Assembly: GCA_965221775.1 (NCBI GenBank)
Contig: CBDCSU010000006.1
Coordinates: 416,001-480,000 of the forward strand
Direction: 5' to 3'
Source of the DNA: Candidatus Latescibacterota bacterium
Lineage (GTDB): Bacteria > Latescibacterota > UBA2968 > UBA8231
DNA length: 64,000 bases
The notes below the pieces were generated by a model. It saw only the letters and a program-made list of their open reading frames with translations. It did no database searches and was not told the DNA's origin. The position numbers and the translations under genes are program-made. This document shows positions 46,340 to 56,453 of this stretch, in pieces. Numbering within the stretch: the stretch's first letter is position 1; every line of letters begins with the position of its first letter.

Positions 46340-47680
46340 TTGGCGGCGATACAGTTGACTGAACCTGTCCCGAAGGCCTCGGCCTGGCATGTCCCCCGCA
46401 TCATCGGGGTCGATCCCACCGGTCCGACCGTTTCGGCGAGAACCGGGAAATGTGTGGATCTGCGCCTGGAGCTGGAGCCCTGTCAGCGCCTGCCCGGCAG
46501 GCAGGAGTGGCGCCGCCTTCCCGGGCCGATCCTCTCGGCCGCCGACACGCACCAGGACTGGTGCCGGGTGATCCTCTACATGCCCTGCGTGCTCCGCGCC
46601 GACGGCCTCTTCAAGATGTGGTACGTGGGCAGCTCCGATCACGCGCGCTCGCCTTCGTACATCCACCTGGGATACGCCGAGTCACCGGACGGACTGCTCT
46701 GGGAGGAGACGCCGCGCAACCCCATCGTCACCGACGATGCCATCCCCTGGGGGCACAGGTTCCAGACGCCTCACGTCCTCTACGACCTGCAGGACCGGAT
46801 CTACAAGATGTGGTTCACCGCCGTGGACGAGGTCGATACGGAAGGCGCCCCGTACCTCAACCAGCGGGTGGGGTACGGCGAGAGTCCGGACGGGATCTCG
46901 TGGACCTTCCACCCCGGGCCGGTGCTGAGGACGGGCAGACGGCCGTGCGTGCTGAAGCTGGACGACGGCACGTACCGGATGTGGGTGAACGCACCCTCAC
47001 GGGACGATCCCGACCTGAAGGCGACCCTGAACATCGCCTCCTTCCGCTCCGCCGACGGCCTGCGCTGGGAGCCGGAGGGAGACGCCGTCCGCTACGGCGG
47101 CATCTACCGCTCCTGCGTCTATCCCTTCGTCATGCGCGACCGGGGCGGGCTGGCCATGTGGTTCGGCGGCCACCGGGCCGGCGGGTTCTTCGACATCTCC
47201 TTCGGGCGCACCCACGACGGCCGTACCTGGTACTACCAGAACGACATGCCCATCTTCCCGCCGAGCGACGACCGGGACGCCTTCGACGGCCGATACACCT
47301 CCACCCCCCACGTGCTGAAGCTGCCGGGCCGCTACCTGATGTACTACTCCGCCCGCGACCTCGACGACGGGTGGACCGCCCCCGACGGCTCCCGTCAGCG
47401 CGACCCGGACGGGGTCTATCGCCACATCGGGTGCGCGGATCTGCCGGTGGCCGAGGCCGAGGACCCCGGCCTGCGGTACTCCTGGTCCGCCGACGGGAAG
47501 GCGATCCCCGGGGAGGGCGCGTCCCTGCGCTTTGCGGCGGAGACTCCGGGCCGCCACCGGGTGACCTGCCGCGCCGGGAACGCCAACGGCTCCGCGGAGT
47601 ACACCTGGCACGTGGAGGTGACAAAGCCGTGGCCGCCGGGGTCGAAGTCCGGGGTTCGGGCTGAAGGGGACGGCGCCTAG
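46340..47680 (+). CDS. Five-bladed beta-propeller glycosidase-like protein with Ig/PKD-like element; start uncertain
   Basis: Repeated P.V....D..(F/Y)KMW(Y/F) and GY.ESPDG..W blades; C-terminal YSW..DG...PG...VT...N Ig strands. Confidence 0.65.
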   Translation: MAAIQLTEPVPKASAWHVPRIIGVDPTGPTVSARTGKCVDLRLELEPCQRLPGRQEWRRLPGPILSAADTHQDWCRVILYMPCVLRADGLFKMWYVGSSDHARSPSYIHLGYAESPDGLLWEETPRNPIVTDDAIPWGHRFQTPHVLYDLQDRIYKMWFTAVDEVDTEGAPYLNQRVGYGESPDGISWTFHPGPVLRTGRRPCVLKLDDGTYRMWVNAPSRDDPDLKATLNIASFRSADGLRWEPEGDAVRYGGIYRSCVYPFVMRDRGGLAMWFGGHRAGGFFDISFGRTHDGRTWYYQNDMPIFPPSDDRDAFDGRYTSTPHVLKLPGRYLMYYSARDLDDGWTAPDGSRQRDPDGVYRHIGCADLPVAEAEDPGLRYSWSADGKAIPGEGASLRFAAETPGRHRVTCRAGNANGSAEYTWHVEVTKPWPPGSKSGVRAEGDGA

Positions 47681-47738
47681 CGCGGCCTGGCGCCGGCCGG
47701 GGCGGCGGAAGGCGAGGGTCCCGTGGCCGAGAGAAGTC

Positions 47739-47771
47739 TTGACAATATATGAGAATCGATTATCGTTTCTC
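47739..47771 (+). promoter_or_regulatory. Promoter with overlapping Fur-family operator
   Basis: TTGACA-N16-TATCGT; imperfect palindrome ATATGAGAATC|GATTATCGTTT; ATG 7 nt after the -10. Confidence 0.7.
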
Positions 47772-47773
47772 CC

Positions 47774-48142
47774 ATGCAAAGAGCCAAGCAGCAGCTGATC
47801 GTATTCCGAGCCCTTGTCGAGGCGGACGGTCCCCTGTCGGCCAGGGAACTGTGGAGCCGCCTGAGCGGAACGGGTGTCGGCCTCGCCACGGTATACCGCG
47901 CTCTCCAACGGGGTGTCGAGGAAGGCACGCTGGAGCCGGTGGAGGGATTGGGCGGCGGCGTTCGCTACGAGCCCAAGGACCGCGAGCATCACCATCACTT
48001 TCTGTGCTCGACCTGCGACCACGCCTTCGACCTCTTCGGTTGCGTCGAGGGCCTCGAGTCCCTGGTTCCGGACGGGTTTCGGATGACCGGACATGAGGTG
48101 GTGTTGCTCGGAACCTGCGATGCGTGTGCCCATGAGGCCTGA
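47774..48142 (+). CDS. Fur-family metalloregulator (Zur/Nur-like)
   Basis: GLATVYRAL HTH, HHHHFLCSTC, terminal CxxC. Confidence 0.92.
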   Translation: MQRAKQQLIVFRALVEADGPLSARELWSRLSGTGVGLATVYRALQRGVEEGTLEPVEGLGGGVRYEPKDREHHHHFLCSTCDHAFDLFGCVEGLESLVPDGFRMTGHEVVLLGTCDACAHEA

Positions 48143-48178
48143 CGGGCGTCGCGTCGGCCCCTGCCGGGGAGGGCGCTG

Positions 48179-49102
48179 ATGCATCTGGCAGAAGGGGTGC
48201 TTCCCCTCAGCCAGGCCATCGGGTGGAGCGCCCTGGCCGCACCCACTGTCGCTTGGAGCCTTCGCGGCGAGCAACGAGCTCGACGCGACACGCCGTCGTC
48301 CTCGTTCGTCATGGCGGGCGTCACGAGCCTGCTCTTTGCCGGCACTCTGCTGCCGCTGCCGGTCCCCATCGTGGGCGCCACCAGTCACATCTGCCTTACG
48401 CCGGTCCTCGCCCTGGTCGTCGGCGTCCGCCGCATCGTGTGGCCCACGTTCTTCGTGCTCCTGCTGCAGGCGGTCTTCTTCGCTCACGGCGGGCTCACGA
48501 CGCTGGGAGTCAACATCCTGACCCTCGGACTGCTGGGGCCCCTGGCGACCGTCGGGCTCTGGGCCTTGCTGCGGCGACTCGGTGCAGACGGGGCTCTCGG
48601 CCTGGCTCTCGCATGCGGCGTCGGCGGCCTGAGCGTATACGTTGCCGACGCCGTGGTGCTCGCCGTGGCGTTGTCCGATGTAACGGCGCATGCCACGACC
48701 TTCGGCGCGGTGCTCCTCGGGTTTGCCCCTGTCCAGGTCCCCCTGGCGGTTCTCGAAGCCGTCGCCTCCGTCGGCATCGTGCGGCTGTTGGCCGCGCGCC
48801 GGCCGGGCCTCCTGCCGGACTCGCTGAGGAGGCTTCGCACGGTGCCCGCGCCCGCTGCGTCCGTCATGCTCCTGTTGCTCGTGACCGGCCTGTCGGGATG
48901 TGGCTATGAAGGCATCGACGGAACCGTGTTCGGTGCGACCGCCGAGGGGGCGGGGCGGCCGCCCACCGAGAGCGTCGTCGACCTGAGCCAGGGCGAGACC
49001 GGGCTCGCCATGTCGATCCTCATACTCTTCGGGATGGGATTCATCGCGGGGCGCGCCTGGGAACGAGTGCTCGGAGGAGGGCGCGATGCACCTCCACGCT
49101 GA
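48179..49102 (+). CDS. cbiM: ECF Co/Ni transporter S component CbiM fused to CbiN-like domain
   Basis: MHLAEG N-terminus, GATSH, LLLQA..FAHGGLTTLGVN, QVPLAVLE; C-terminal GIDG...AEGAGRP...QGE CbiN-like segment. Confidence 0.85.
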   Translation: MHLAEGVLPLSQAIGWSALAAPTVAWSLRGEQRARRDTPSSSFVMAGVTSLLFAGTLLPLPVPIVGATSHICLTPVLALVVGVRRIVWPTFFVLLLQAVFFAHGGLTTLGVNILTLGLLGPLATVGLWALLRRLGADGALGLALACGVGGLSVYVADAVVLAVALSDVTAHATTFGAVLLGFAPVQVPLAVLEAVASVGIVRLLAARRPGLLPDSLRRLRTVPAPAASVMLLLLVTGLSGCGYEGIDGTVFGATAEGAGRPPTESVVDLSQGETGLAMSILILFGMGFIAGRAWERVLGGGRDAPPR

Positions 49103-50561
49103 CCACGCTCTGTTCTTCGAGCGCCGCCAACCGCTGTGGGTCGCGGCCCTGGCTATCGCGCTGACCAGCAGCGTACTGATCGTCAACGCGGGCACCCGCA
49201 GTATCACCTTGTCCCTGGTCGGCTCGGGGCTCGGCGCGGGGCTGCTGCTGTTGGCGAGGGCCCGCGGACGCCGAAGGATCGAGCCGGCCCTGGCGTGGGC
49301 CCTGGCCCTCGTGGCCCTCGCGCTGCTTGGCGGGGTTGTCCTGGATTCCAACGCCGACGTCATCGTCCAGACGAGCCTCCGGGTCCTGTGCGGCGTCATC
49401 TGGGTCCTCTGGCTTGGCACCCAGGTTGACTGGGCGTCGCTTCGGCAACTCCTGCTCCGGCTGCGGATTCCCGAGGACGTCGTGGCCAGCCTCGACCACG
49501 CGCTCATGCACGGTGTTCTCACCCAGCGAGAGTGGGTCCAGCGGCGTGACGCGGCCCGCCTCCGCCTGGGGTCATCGCGTTTGCCCCTGGCCGCCTGGGG
49601 ACCGCTGCTCGGCGAAGGGGCCCTGCATGCCTTCGCCCGCCTCGAAGGTGCCGAGGAAAACGCACTGCTGCGCGGCGCCCCGTGCGAAGAGACTCCGGCT
49701 CATGACGGCGTCCACCTCGATGCCATCGACGTCGAACGCGGTGGGCAGCGGGTGCTGGAGCAGCTCGGACTGCGCTTGGGAAGAGCAGAGTGGCTGCTCG
49801 TGTGCGGGCCAAGTGGAGCCGGGAAGTCGAGCTTGTTGCGCCTCCTGGCGGGGCTCGACGGACCCGCCCAAGGGACCATGACTCGCCTCGGAAACCAGGT
49901 GGCGCCCGATGGGACGCTCGGCGCCCGGCTCGACGGACGCGTGGCGCTTCTCGGCCAGAACCCCGAACACCACTTCATCGCGAGCACCGCGGCCGAGGAC
50001 ATTGCCTGGGGCCTGCTTCGTCGCGGCGTCGAAGCAGGCGAGGCGCGGCGTCGATCCCGCGAGGTGGCGATGGCCTTGCGCATAGACCATCTGCTGGAGC
50101 GTCCGTGTCATCAGCTCAGTTTTGGCGAGCAGCGCCGGGTCGCCCTCGCCGGTCTCCTGGTGCTCGAGCCCGCGTTGCTGCTCCTCGACGAGCCCACGGC
50201 CGGGCTCGATCCCGTCGCCGCCCATGAGCTGCGCACGCTCGTGGAGGAGTCGGTTCGTCGAACCGGGGCTGCGTGCGTCTGGGCAACCCACGACCTTCAC
50301 TCAATGCCGTCCCAGGCAACGCGCGTCGTCTTGCTGCGAGACCGGCGGCTGCTCTTCGATGGGTCCAGGGCAGAAGGGCTGTCGGAACCGTGGCTCATCC
50401 GGGCTGGCCTCGCCGTCCGGAAAGAGAATGGAACGTATGTCGATCGGCACATCACTCACCCGGGAGAACCAGATGGACTCGCCTCAAACGGTACCCGTAA
50501 CGATCCTCACCGGCTTCCTCGGCTCCGGCAAGACGACCCTGCTCAACCGGATCCTGAGTGA
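49086..50561 (+). CDS. ECF T component (CbiQ-like) fused to ABC ATPase (CbiO-like)
   Basis: N-terminal TMs with a..LR/LRG coupling motifs; GPSGAGKS, QNP, LSFGEQRR, LLLDEPT, THD. Confidence 0.82.
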   Translation: MHLHADHALFFERRQPLWVAALAIALTSSVLIVNAGTRSITLSLVGSGLGAGLLLLARARGRRRIEPALAWALALVALALLGGVVLDSNADVIVQTSLRVLCGVIWVLWLGTQVDWASLRQLLLRLRIPEDVVASLDHALMHGVLTQREWVQRRDAARLRLGSSRLPLAAWGPLLGEGALHAFARLEGAEENALLRGAPCEETPAHDGVHLDAIDVERGGQRVLEQLGLRLGRAEWLLVCGPSGAGKSSLLRLLAGLDGPAQGTMTRLGNQVAPDGTLGARLDGRVALLGQNPEHHFIASTAAEDIAWGLLRRGVEAGEARRRSREVAMALRIDHLLERPCHQLSFGEQRRVALAGLLVLEPALLLLDEPTAGLDPVAAHELRTLVEESVRRTGAACVWATHDLHSMPSQATRVVLLRDRRLLFDGSRAEGLSEPWLIRAGLAVRKENGTYVDRHITHPGEPDGLASNGTRNDPHRLPRLRQDDPAQPDPE

Positions 50562-51819
50562 GGAGCACGGCAAGCGCATCGCCGTGATCGAGAACGAGTA
50601 CGGCGAGGTCGGTATCGATCAGGCCCTCGTCATCGACGCTGACGAAGAGATCTTCGAGATGTCGAACGGCTGCATCTGCTGCACCGTGCGCGGAGACCTG
50701 ATTCGCGTCCTCGGCAATCTCATGAAGCGCCGCGACAAGTTCGACTATGTGCTGGTGGAGACCACGGGGCTCGCCGATCCCGGCCCGGTGGCTCAGACCT
50801 TCTTCATGGACGAAGAGATTCGCTCGGAGTACTCCCTTGACGGGATCGTCACACTCGTCGATGCAGCCCACATCGAGCAACAGCTCGGCCGGAGCGACGA
50901 AAGCACGGAGCAGATCGCCTTCGCGGATATTCTCCTGCTCAACAAGACGGACCTCGTCGACGGCGAGGCCCTCGACAGGCTCGAAGCCCGGCTCCGGGAG
51001 ATGAACCGAATGGCGCGGGTCGTGCGCGGCGAGCGCGCGAACGTCCCCGTCGACACGGTACTCAACCTCGGCGCCTTCGACCTGGACCAGGCCCTCGAGC
51101 GTCGTCCCACTTTCCTCGAGCCGGAGTACCCCTTCGAATGGACGGGAGTCTATTCTCTCGATGCCGGCCGCTACGAACTCAGCCTCGCCGATGGACCGGA
51201 TCCGGCGATGTCCCTCGTCGTCGTCTCCGGCCAGGGCACGGATGACGCGGCCCTCCGTGAGGGTGCGGAGTGGTGCGTGCGGCGCTACGCCGAACCTGCG
51301 CAGCTCATTCGCCCGGGGAAGGAGATCCCTGTCGGAGAGCATGTGAACCTTCCCCTCGATTCCCCGGGGCGCAAGTCGTTCTTCCTGGAAGTCGATGCAC
51401 AGGCGCGGGTTGGCCTCTACGCCCAGCACACCGCGGCAGAGTTCGATCTCCAACTGACGAACGCGGAAGGAACGGCCATCAGGCAGGAGGTCGAGCGCAC
51501 CTGGGTCGCACAGCACGAGCACGACGACGAAGTCGGCTCCATCGCAATCGAGGCGGAGGGCGACGTCGATCCCGACAGGCTCAACGCCTGGCTTGGCGAA
51601 CTGCTCGGTGAGCGCGGGGTGGACATCTTCCGGATGAAGGGCTTCATCAGCCTCGCGGGTGAGTCGCGCCGCTTCGTCTTCCAGGGGGTTCACATGCTCT
51701 TCGACGGACAGCCGGATCGTCCATGGGGAGACGCCCCCCGCCGCAATCAGCTCGTCTTCATCGGCCGCAACCTCGATGAGCAGGGCATGCGGCAGAGATT
51801 CGAGGCATGTCTGACCTGA
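50473..51819 (+). CDS. COG0523 (CobW/YeiR/ZigA-like) GTPase metallochaperone
   Basis: GFLGSGKTT, NGCICCTVRGDL (CxCC), ETTGLADP, NKTD, CobW_C (RMKG, FQGVH, LVFIGRNLD). Confidence 0.93.
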   Translation: MDSPQTVPVTILTGFLGSGKTTLLNRILSEEHGKRIAVIENEYGEVGIDQALVIDADEEIFEMSNGCICCTVRGDLIRVLGNLMKRRDKFDYVLVETTGLADPGPVAQTFFMDEEIRSEYSLDGIVTLVDAAHIEQQLGRSDESTEQIAFADILLLNKTDLVDGEALDRLEARLREMNRMARVVRGERANVPVDTVLNLGAFDLDQALERRPTFLEPEYPFEWTGVYSLDAGRYELSLADGPDPAMSLVVVSGQGTDDAALREGAEWCVRRYAEPAQLIRPGKEIPVGEHVNLPLDSPGRKSFFLEVDAQARVGLYAQHTAAEFDLQLTNAEGTAIRQEVERTWVAQHEHDDEVGSIAIEAEGDVDPDRLNAWLGELLGERGVDIFRMKGFISLAGESRRFVFQGVHMLFDGQPDRPWGDAPRRNQLVFIGRNLDEQGMRQRFEACLT

Positions 51820-52853
51820 GTGTCGGCAGCCCCAAGGGCGCTCTTCGCCGGGGCTGGTCCGCGGAGGTCGGCGACTACGCCATCGCCGGGGGTTGGAGCC
51901 TGCGCGGCGAGGCGCTGATGGTCGGTGACGCCGCGGGTGGCGTCTACGCCTTCGACGGCAAGTCGGGCGCCACCGCCTGGGCACGGCGGGAGGTTCATGA
52001 AGGTGGGGTGCTCGCGCTGGCGATCCACCCGGAGGGAACCGCCTTGGCTACGGCCGGCCAGGACGGACGAGTCTTGATCTGGAATGCCGCCGATGGTCAG
52101 GTGAGCCGGGCCATCGACGTCGGCAGCGGTTGGGTAGAACACGTGGCGTGGTCGCCGGACGGCCAGTGGTTGGCAGCCTCCTGCTCCCGGCAGGTTCACG
52201 CCTATGGCGCCGACGGCGCGGAGGTCTGGCGATCGGATGATCATCCCAGCACCGTCAGCGCCATCGCCTGGTCGAGGGCGGGGGAGCTGGCGACGGCCTG
52301 TTACGGTCGAGTGACGTTCTTCGACGCCTCCACCGGCGAGCCTCGCCAGAAGCTGGAGTGGCAGGGATCCCTGGTGTCGATGGTACTGAGCCCGGACGGG
52401 GATATCGTGGCCTGCGGCAGCCAGGACAACTCGGTGCACTTCTGGCGCCGCTCCACCGAGCATGACTCGATGATGTCAGGATACCCTGCCAAGCCGTCGG
52501 CCCTGGCCTTCGACGCCACCGGCACCCTCCTGGCCACCGGCGGAAGCGAGGAGGTGACGGTCTGGTGCTTTCAGGGAGAAGGTCCCGAAGGCACGCGGCC
52601 CGGCGTTCTGGAGTTTCATGTCAAACCCGTCACCACCCTTTCCTTCGCTCCCGGCGCGATGCGCCTGGCCTCCGGAGCCCGGGATGGCGGCGTAGTTGTG
52701 TGGTCGCTCGGGCGCGACGGACAAGGCGATCCGACAGGAGTTGCGCTTGTGGCGGGTGTTGTCGGCGACTTGTACTGGCGCCCCGATGGACGCGCGCTCG
52801 CCGCCCTCGACGCCCAGGGTGGCGCGACGGTCTGGCGAGTGAGCAACAAGTGA
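51807..52853 (+). CDS. WD40-repeat protein (COG0523-associated)
   Basis: Repeats such as LATAGQDGRVLIW, AWSPDG, SQDNSVHFW, LASGARDG. Confidence 0.88.
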   Translation: MSDLSVGSPKGALRRGWSAEVGDYAIAGGWSLRGEALMVGDAAGGVYAFDGKSGATAWARREVHEGGVLALAIHPEGTALATAGQDGRVLIWNAADGQVSRAIDVGSGWVEHVAWSPDGQWLAASCSRQVHAYGADGAEVWRSDDHPSTVSAIAWSRAGELATACYGRVTFFDASTGEPRQKLEWQGSLVSMVLSPDGDIVACGSQDNSVHFWRRSTEHDSMMSGYPAKPSALAFDATGTLLATGGSEEVTVWCFQGEGPEGTRPGVLEFHVKPVTTLSFAPGAMRLASGARDGGVVVWSLGRDGQGDPTGVALVAGVVGDLYWRPDGRALAALDAQGGATVWRVSNK

Positions 52854-52992
52854 AGCGCGGCTGTTTCCCGGCTCCGGCCGGAGCAGGCTGGAGGGCTCAT
52901 CCCCTCAGCCTTCCCCGCCCGGTTCACATCTACTACCACATCGTTCCCTGAACCCATCCGGGGCACAGGGACACTTCCCGGAGAACTGTACC

Positions 52993-53493
52993 ATGCGCAG
53001 GATCATCCCATCCGCATCATCCCTTCTCGCATTGCTGTTGTTTGCCGGCTGTGGCGACGACGACAATCCCGTGGACCCCGATGCGTGGGATGACCACGCC
53101 GAGGCCTTCGGCCTGGTCATCCTCAGCAGCGGCGAGGAACTCGTCCGCCAGGAAGAGGGGAAGGTAGAAGGCGAAATCGAAGTCGGGCCCGGGCTGGAGA
53201 CACCCCTGCTGACCGTGCGCTTCCTCACCGAGGACGGCGACCGGTTCGTCCCGGAGCCAATGGAAGGATATGGCCTTGCCTGGGAAATCGGCGACGAGAG
53301 CATCGCCGAAGTCGAGCACCACGACGAAGACGGCGCCTGGTCCTTCCACATCGCAGGCCTGGAAACAGGGCATACCACCCTGAAGATCAAGCTGAACCAC
53401 AACGACCATGCCGACTTCGTCTCGAAGGACATCGAGATCCACGTCGAAGAAGGCGGCCCGGGCGAGGAACACGATCACGACGACGAAGGCTAG
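52993..53493 (+). CDS. His/Asp-rich lipoprotein, putative metal-binding
   Basis: Lipobox LFAGC; HAEA, EHHDED, HNDHADF, EEHDHDDE. Confidence 0.75.
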   Translation: MRRIIPSASSLLALLLFAGCGDDDNPVDPDAWDDHAEAFGLVILSSGEELVRQEEGKVEGEIEVGPGLETPLLTVRFLTEDGDRFVPEPMEGYGLAWEIGDESIAEVEHHDEDGAWSFHIAGLETGHTTLKIKLNHNDHADFVSKDIEIHVEEGGPGEEHDHDDEG

Positions 53494-53582
53494 CATGTAG
53501 TGGGCACCTTGTGGGGGCTTCTACGGCCTGAACCACGTGGTCCAGGCGCGCACCATGTGGAGGGAGGCCGGACTAGACGCGG

Positions 53583-56453
53583 CTACAGTCCATAGCGCAG
53601 GCGGAGGTAGAAGATGCGGCCCTTGATGTCGTGTACGAAGCCGTCGAAGCCCGGGCGCAGGTTGTTGCGCTGCACCCCCTCCTTGCCGCTCGGGAGCGCG
53701 GGCGGGTCCCTGTCGGTGAGGTTGTTGGCACCGAGGAAGAGGGTCACCGGGCCGCCGCCGAGCAGGCGCTCGAAGGTGTGGGCATATTGCGCGTCCAGCG
53801 TCGTCCAGGCGTCAATCTCCGGCCGGGAAGCGACTTCGTCGTTCTCGTAGGAATCGATGTGGCGCAACGCGAGAGTCCCCCGGTGGCGGCCGCGGCTCCC
53901 GGCGACGCCGAGGCTGCCCCGCAGTTGCGGCGTCGGCCCGAACCCGTTGGTATCGTTGCGGTTGCCGAGCCGATCCTCAAACCCGCGCCCGGCCGCGTTG
54001 ACGGCGAACCCGGTCAGCAGCGTGGCCTCGGCGCTGAAGCGAAAGTCCCCGAAGGGGGCCGCCAGGTCGTAGCGCCCGTTCAGGTCGAGCCCCTCGCTCC
54101 TGACCGCGGCGGTGTTCTCGTAGTCCGTGGTCACCACGCTCAACTGCCCCGAGGAGTCGCGCTGCACCCGGGGGTCGTTGGGCAGGCCATCATCGCGGCA
54201 GTCGTCGTCGAGAATCGCCTGGAAGCCGCGGCCTTGGGCAATGACGTCCTCGTAGTGGATCTTCCAGTAATCGAGGCTGACTTGCACACCGGCCCCGGGC
54301 CGGAACAGCAGGCCAACGTTGCCCGAGGCCGCCGATTGCGGCTTGAGGGCGCCGCCGCGCAGCACGGTGACGGCGATGAAGTTGTCCCCCCGGTTGGTGA
54401 TCTCGCCGGCGTCATTCACGGAGCATTCCCCGCGGCCCGTCCCGTCGAAGCGGAACGGATCGCTGAGCGTACGCGAAGTCGTGTTGCCGGCGATCTGGAA
54501 CAGGCTCGGTGCCTGGAACGAGGTGCCCCAGGAACCGCGCAACGAGAGCCAGTCCGTGGCAGAGACCCGGGCGGCGACCTTGGGGTCCGTGGTGGAGCCG
54601 GCCTCGTCGTAGCGCTCGTGGCGTAGCGCGAGTTGCACTTCGGCGGTGTTCCCGAGAGGCACGAGGTTCTCCGCGAACAGGGCCCAGGCCTCTTGGTTCG
54701 CCTCCTTGGGGAACTCGCGGATCGCCTGCGGCCCTCCGCCGGAGGCATTCAGCGCGTCGGGCCGCTGTTCGTAGCGGAGGCCGCGGTACTGGGTGCCGAC
54801 GGCCAGCGACACGGCCCGGCCGCCCAATCCGAAGAGCTCGCCGGAGGCGACGAGCTCGGCGACCTGCTGCGCGGTTTCGGCGGTTTCGATCCTCGTGCCG
54901 TTGAAGAGCCGGAAGGTCTCGGCGTCGTTGCCCGCGCGCCGGCCGACCAGCCTCGGGGAGAGTCCATCCTCCTCGACGGTCTTGGGCGTTGTCATGTCCG
55001 GCGCCGCCAGCCGGGTGCCGAAGGGGTTCCACAGGCCCTCCCGCACGAGGCGGGCGAACTCCCCGGCCACCCAGTGGTGGCCGGAGTTCAAGGTGAAGTC
55101 CGAACCCGCGTGTGCTAGGTATCCGGTCCCGGTCCAGCTTGCGGATAGGTCGAAGTTGGTCCCGAACACGGCCCGCAGGTTGCGAAAGGTGCGCCGTTCC
55201 TCTTCGGCGCGGTCGCCGTTGGTCTCGGCCCCGAGGGGCCGGCCGAAGTAGCCGACGGCGACCGCCTCGTGTACGCCCGGTTCCCAACTCGCCGGGGGCA
55301 CATAGGTCAGCTCGCCGTCTCCGTCCGGGTCGGTCCAGAAATTGAAGGGATGGTTCGCCGGCACGAAGAACTCGTTGGTTCCCTCCACATTGCCGTTGAA
55401 GAGCAGCAGGTTGCCGACCCGGTCGGTCACCTCGTTGTCCGAGTAGCCGATTTCCGCAAAGAGGGCGAGCCGGTCGTTGAGGATGAACTCGGACTCGGTG
55501 AAGAACTGGAGGCGCCGCTCCGCGGCGATCATGGTGCGCTGGTCGGCAAAGTCCATGCGGCAGAGGGAGCCGCTGGGGTAGCCGCCGGCGGCGGCGCAAT
55601 CCGGGTCGGGGAGGCGGGGCGCGTTGGCCCCATCGATCTGAAAGGGAGCGAAGCTGCCGTCGGCGTTGGCCACCGCCCGGCGGAAGCTGCCGGGGGAGCC
55701 GCGCCCGGAGTCGAAGGAGCCCTCGACGATGTCGCCGTCGCCGTCCGGGTCGATGGCGCGCGGGATCATCCAGTCGAAATCGGTGCGGAAGTTCTCGTCC
55801 TGGCTGTAGTAGCCCCCGTAGAGGCTGACGTACCCCCTCGAAGTGACCAGGCCCGAGGCAAAGCTCACATCGCGCGCCATGTTGCTGGCATCGCGGTAGC
55901 CGGCCTCGATTTCCAGGCCCTCGAAGGCCTTGCGGGTGATGACGTTGGCAACGCCGGCCACCGCCTGCGAGCCGTAGGTCGCCGAGGCCCCGTCGCGGAG
56001 AATCTCGATGCGTTCGATCATGGCCAACGGCAGGGTGTTGATGTCGAGGAAGCTGTGTCCGGCATCGTTGGAGACGGGGGCGATGCCGGCGCGCCGGCCG
56101 TTGATCAAGGTCAGGGTCGAGGAGAGGCCGAGCCCCCGCAGATTGAATTGGGAGGTGCCCTGCAGGTAGTTCTGCTGAGTTGCCAGATAGGAGCCGCTGT
56201 TGGCGGTGAGGCTGCGCAGAATATCGACCGGCTGCGCCGCCCCGGTGCCCTCAAAGAGCTTGTCGTCCAGCGTCTGTACAGGCGTACGGCCCTCGTACAC
56301 CGACGGCTGCCTGATCAGCGAGCCGGTGACGACGACCTCTTCCATGAGGACGATCTCTTCACGGATGTCCTGGGCGTCTTCGCCCGCGGCGAGTCCCGCC
56401 CAGAGCAGCGCAAGGGCGAGCGCCGGGGGCGGGGCGTTCCGCTCTCTTGTCAT
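53583..56453 (-). CDS. TonB-dependent receptor
   Basis: EEVVVTGS TonB box, NLRGLG...TLTLINGRR plug, IERIEILRDGASATYGS.AVAGV.N, C-terminal GR..Y..L.Y. Confidence 0.93.
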   Translation of the reverse strand: MTRERNAPPPALALALLWAGLAAGEDAQDIREEIVLMEEVVVTGSLIRQPSVYEGRTPVQTLDDKLFEGTGAAQPVDILRSLTANSGSYLATQQNYLQGTSQFNLRGLGLSSTLTLINGRRAGIAPVSNDAGHSFLDINTLPLAMIERIEILRDGASATYGSQAVAGVANVITRKAFEGLEIEAGYRDASNMARDVSFASGLVTSRGYVSLYGGYYSQDENFRTDFDWMIPRAIDPDGDGDIVEGSFDSGRGSPGSFRRAVANADGSFAPFQIDGANAPRLPDPDCAAAGGYPSGSLCRMDFADQRTMIAAERRLQFFTESEFILNDRLALFAEIGYSDNEVTDRVGNLLLFNGNVEGTNEFFVPANHPFNFWTDPDGDGELTYVPPASWEPGVHEAVAVGYFGRPLGAETNGDRAEEERRTFRNLRAVFGTNFDLSASWTGTGYLAHAGSDFTLNSGHHWVAGEFARLVREGLWNPFGTRLAAPDMTTPKTVEEDGLSPRLVGRRAGNDAETFRLFNGTRIETAETAQQVAELVASGELFGLGGRAVSLAVGTQYRGLRYEQRPDALNASGGGPQAIREFPKEANQEAWALFAENLVPLGNTAEVQLALRHERYDEAGSTTDPKVAARVSATDWLSLRGSWGTSFQAPSLFQIAGNTTSRTLSDPFRFDGTGRGECSVNDAGEITNRGDNFIAVTVLRGGALKPQSAASGNVGLLFRPGAGVQVSLDYWKIHYEDVIAQGRGFQAILDDDCRDDGLPNDPRVQRDSSGQLSVVTTDYENTAAVRSEGLDLNGRYDLAAPFGDFRFSAEATLLTGFAVNAAGRGFEDRLGNRNDTNGFGPTPQLRGSLGVAGSRGRHRGTLALRHIDSYENDEVASRPEIDAWTTLDAQYAHTFERLLGGGPVTLFLGANNLTDRDPPALPSGKEGVQRNNLRPGFDGFVHDIKGRIFYLRLRYGL

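Noticed and set aside
46114-46340. Short imperfect direct repeats (GGATCG..GCGCTTCAC; GGCCTGGCATG) and a small ORF
   Set aside because: Too short and degenerate at this GC content; probably eroded coding DNA that I cannot assign.
53494-53582. Coding-like fragment GFYGLNHVVQARTMWREAGLD between convergent genes
   Set aside because: No start, stop or recognisable family; possible remnant only.
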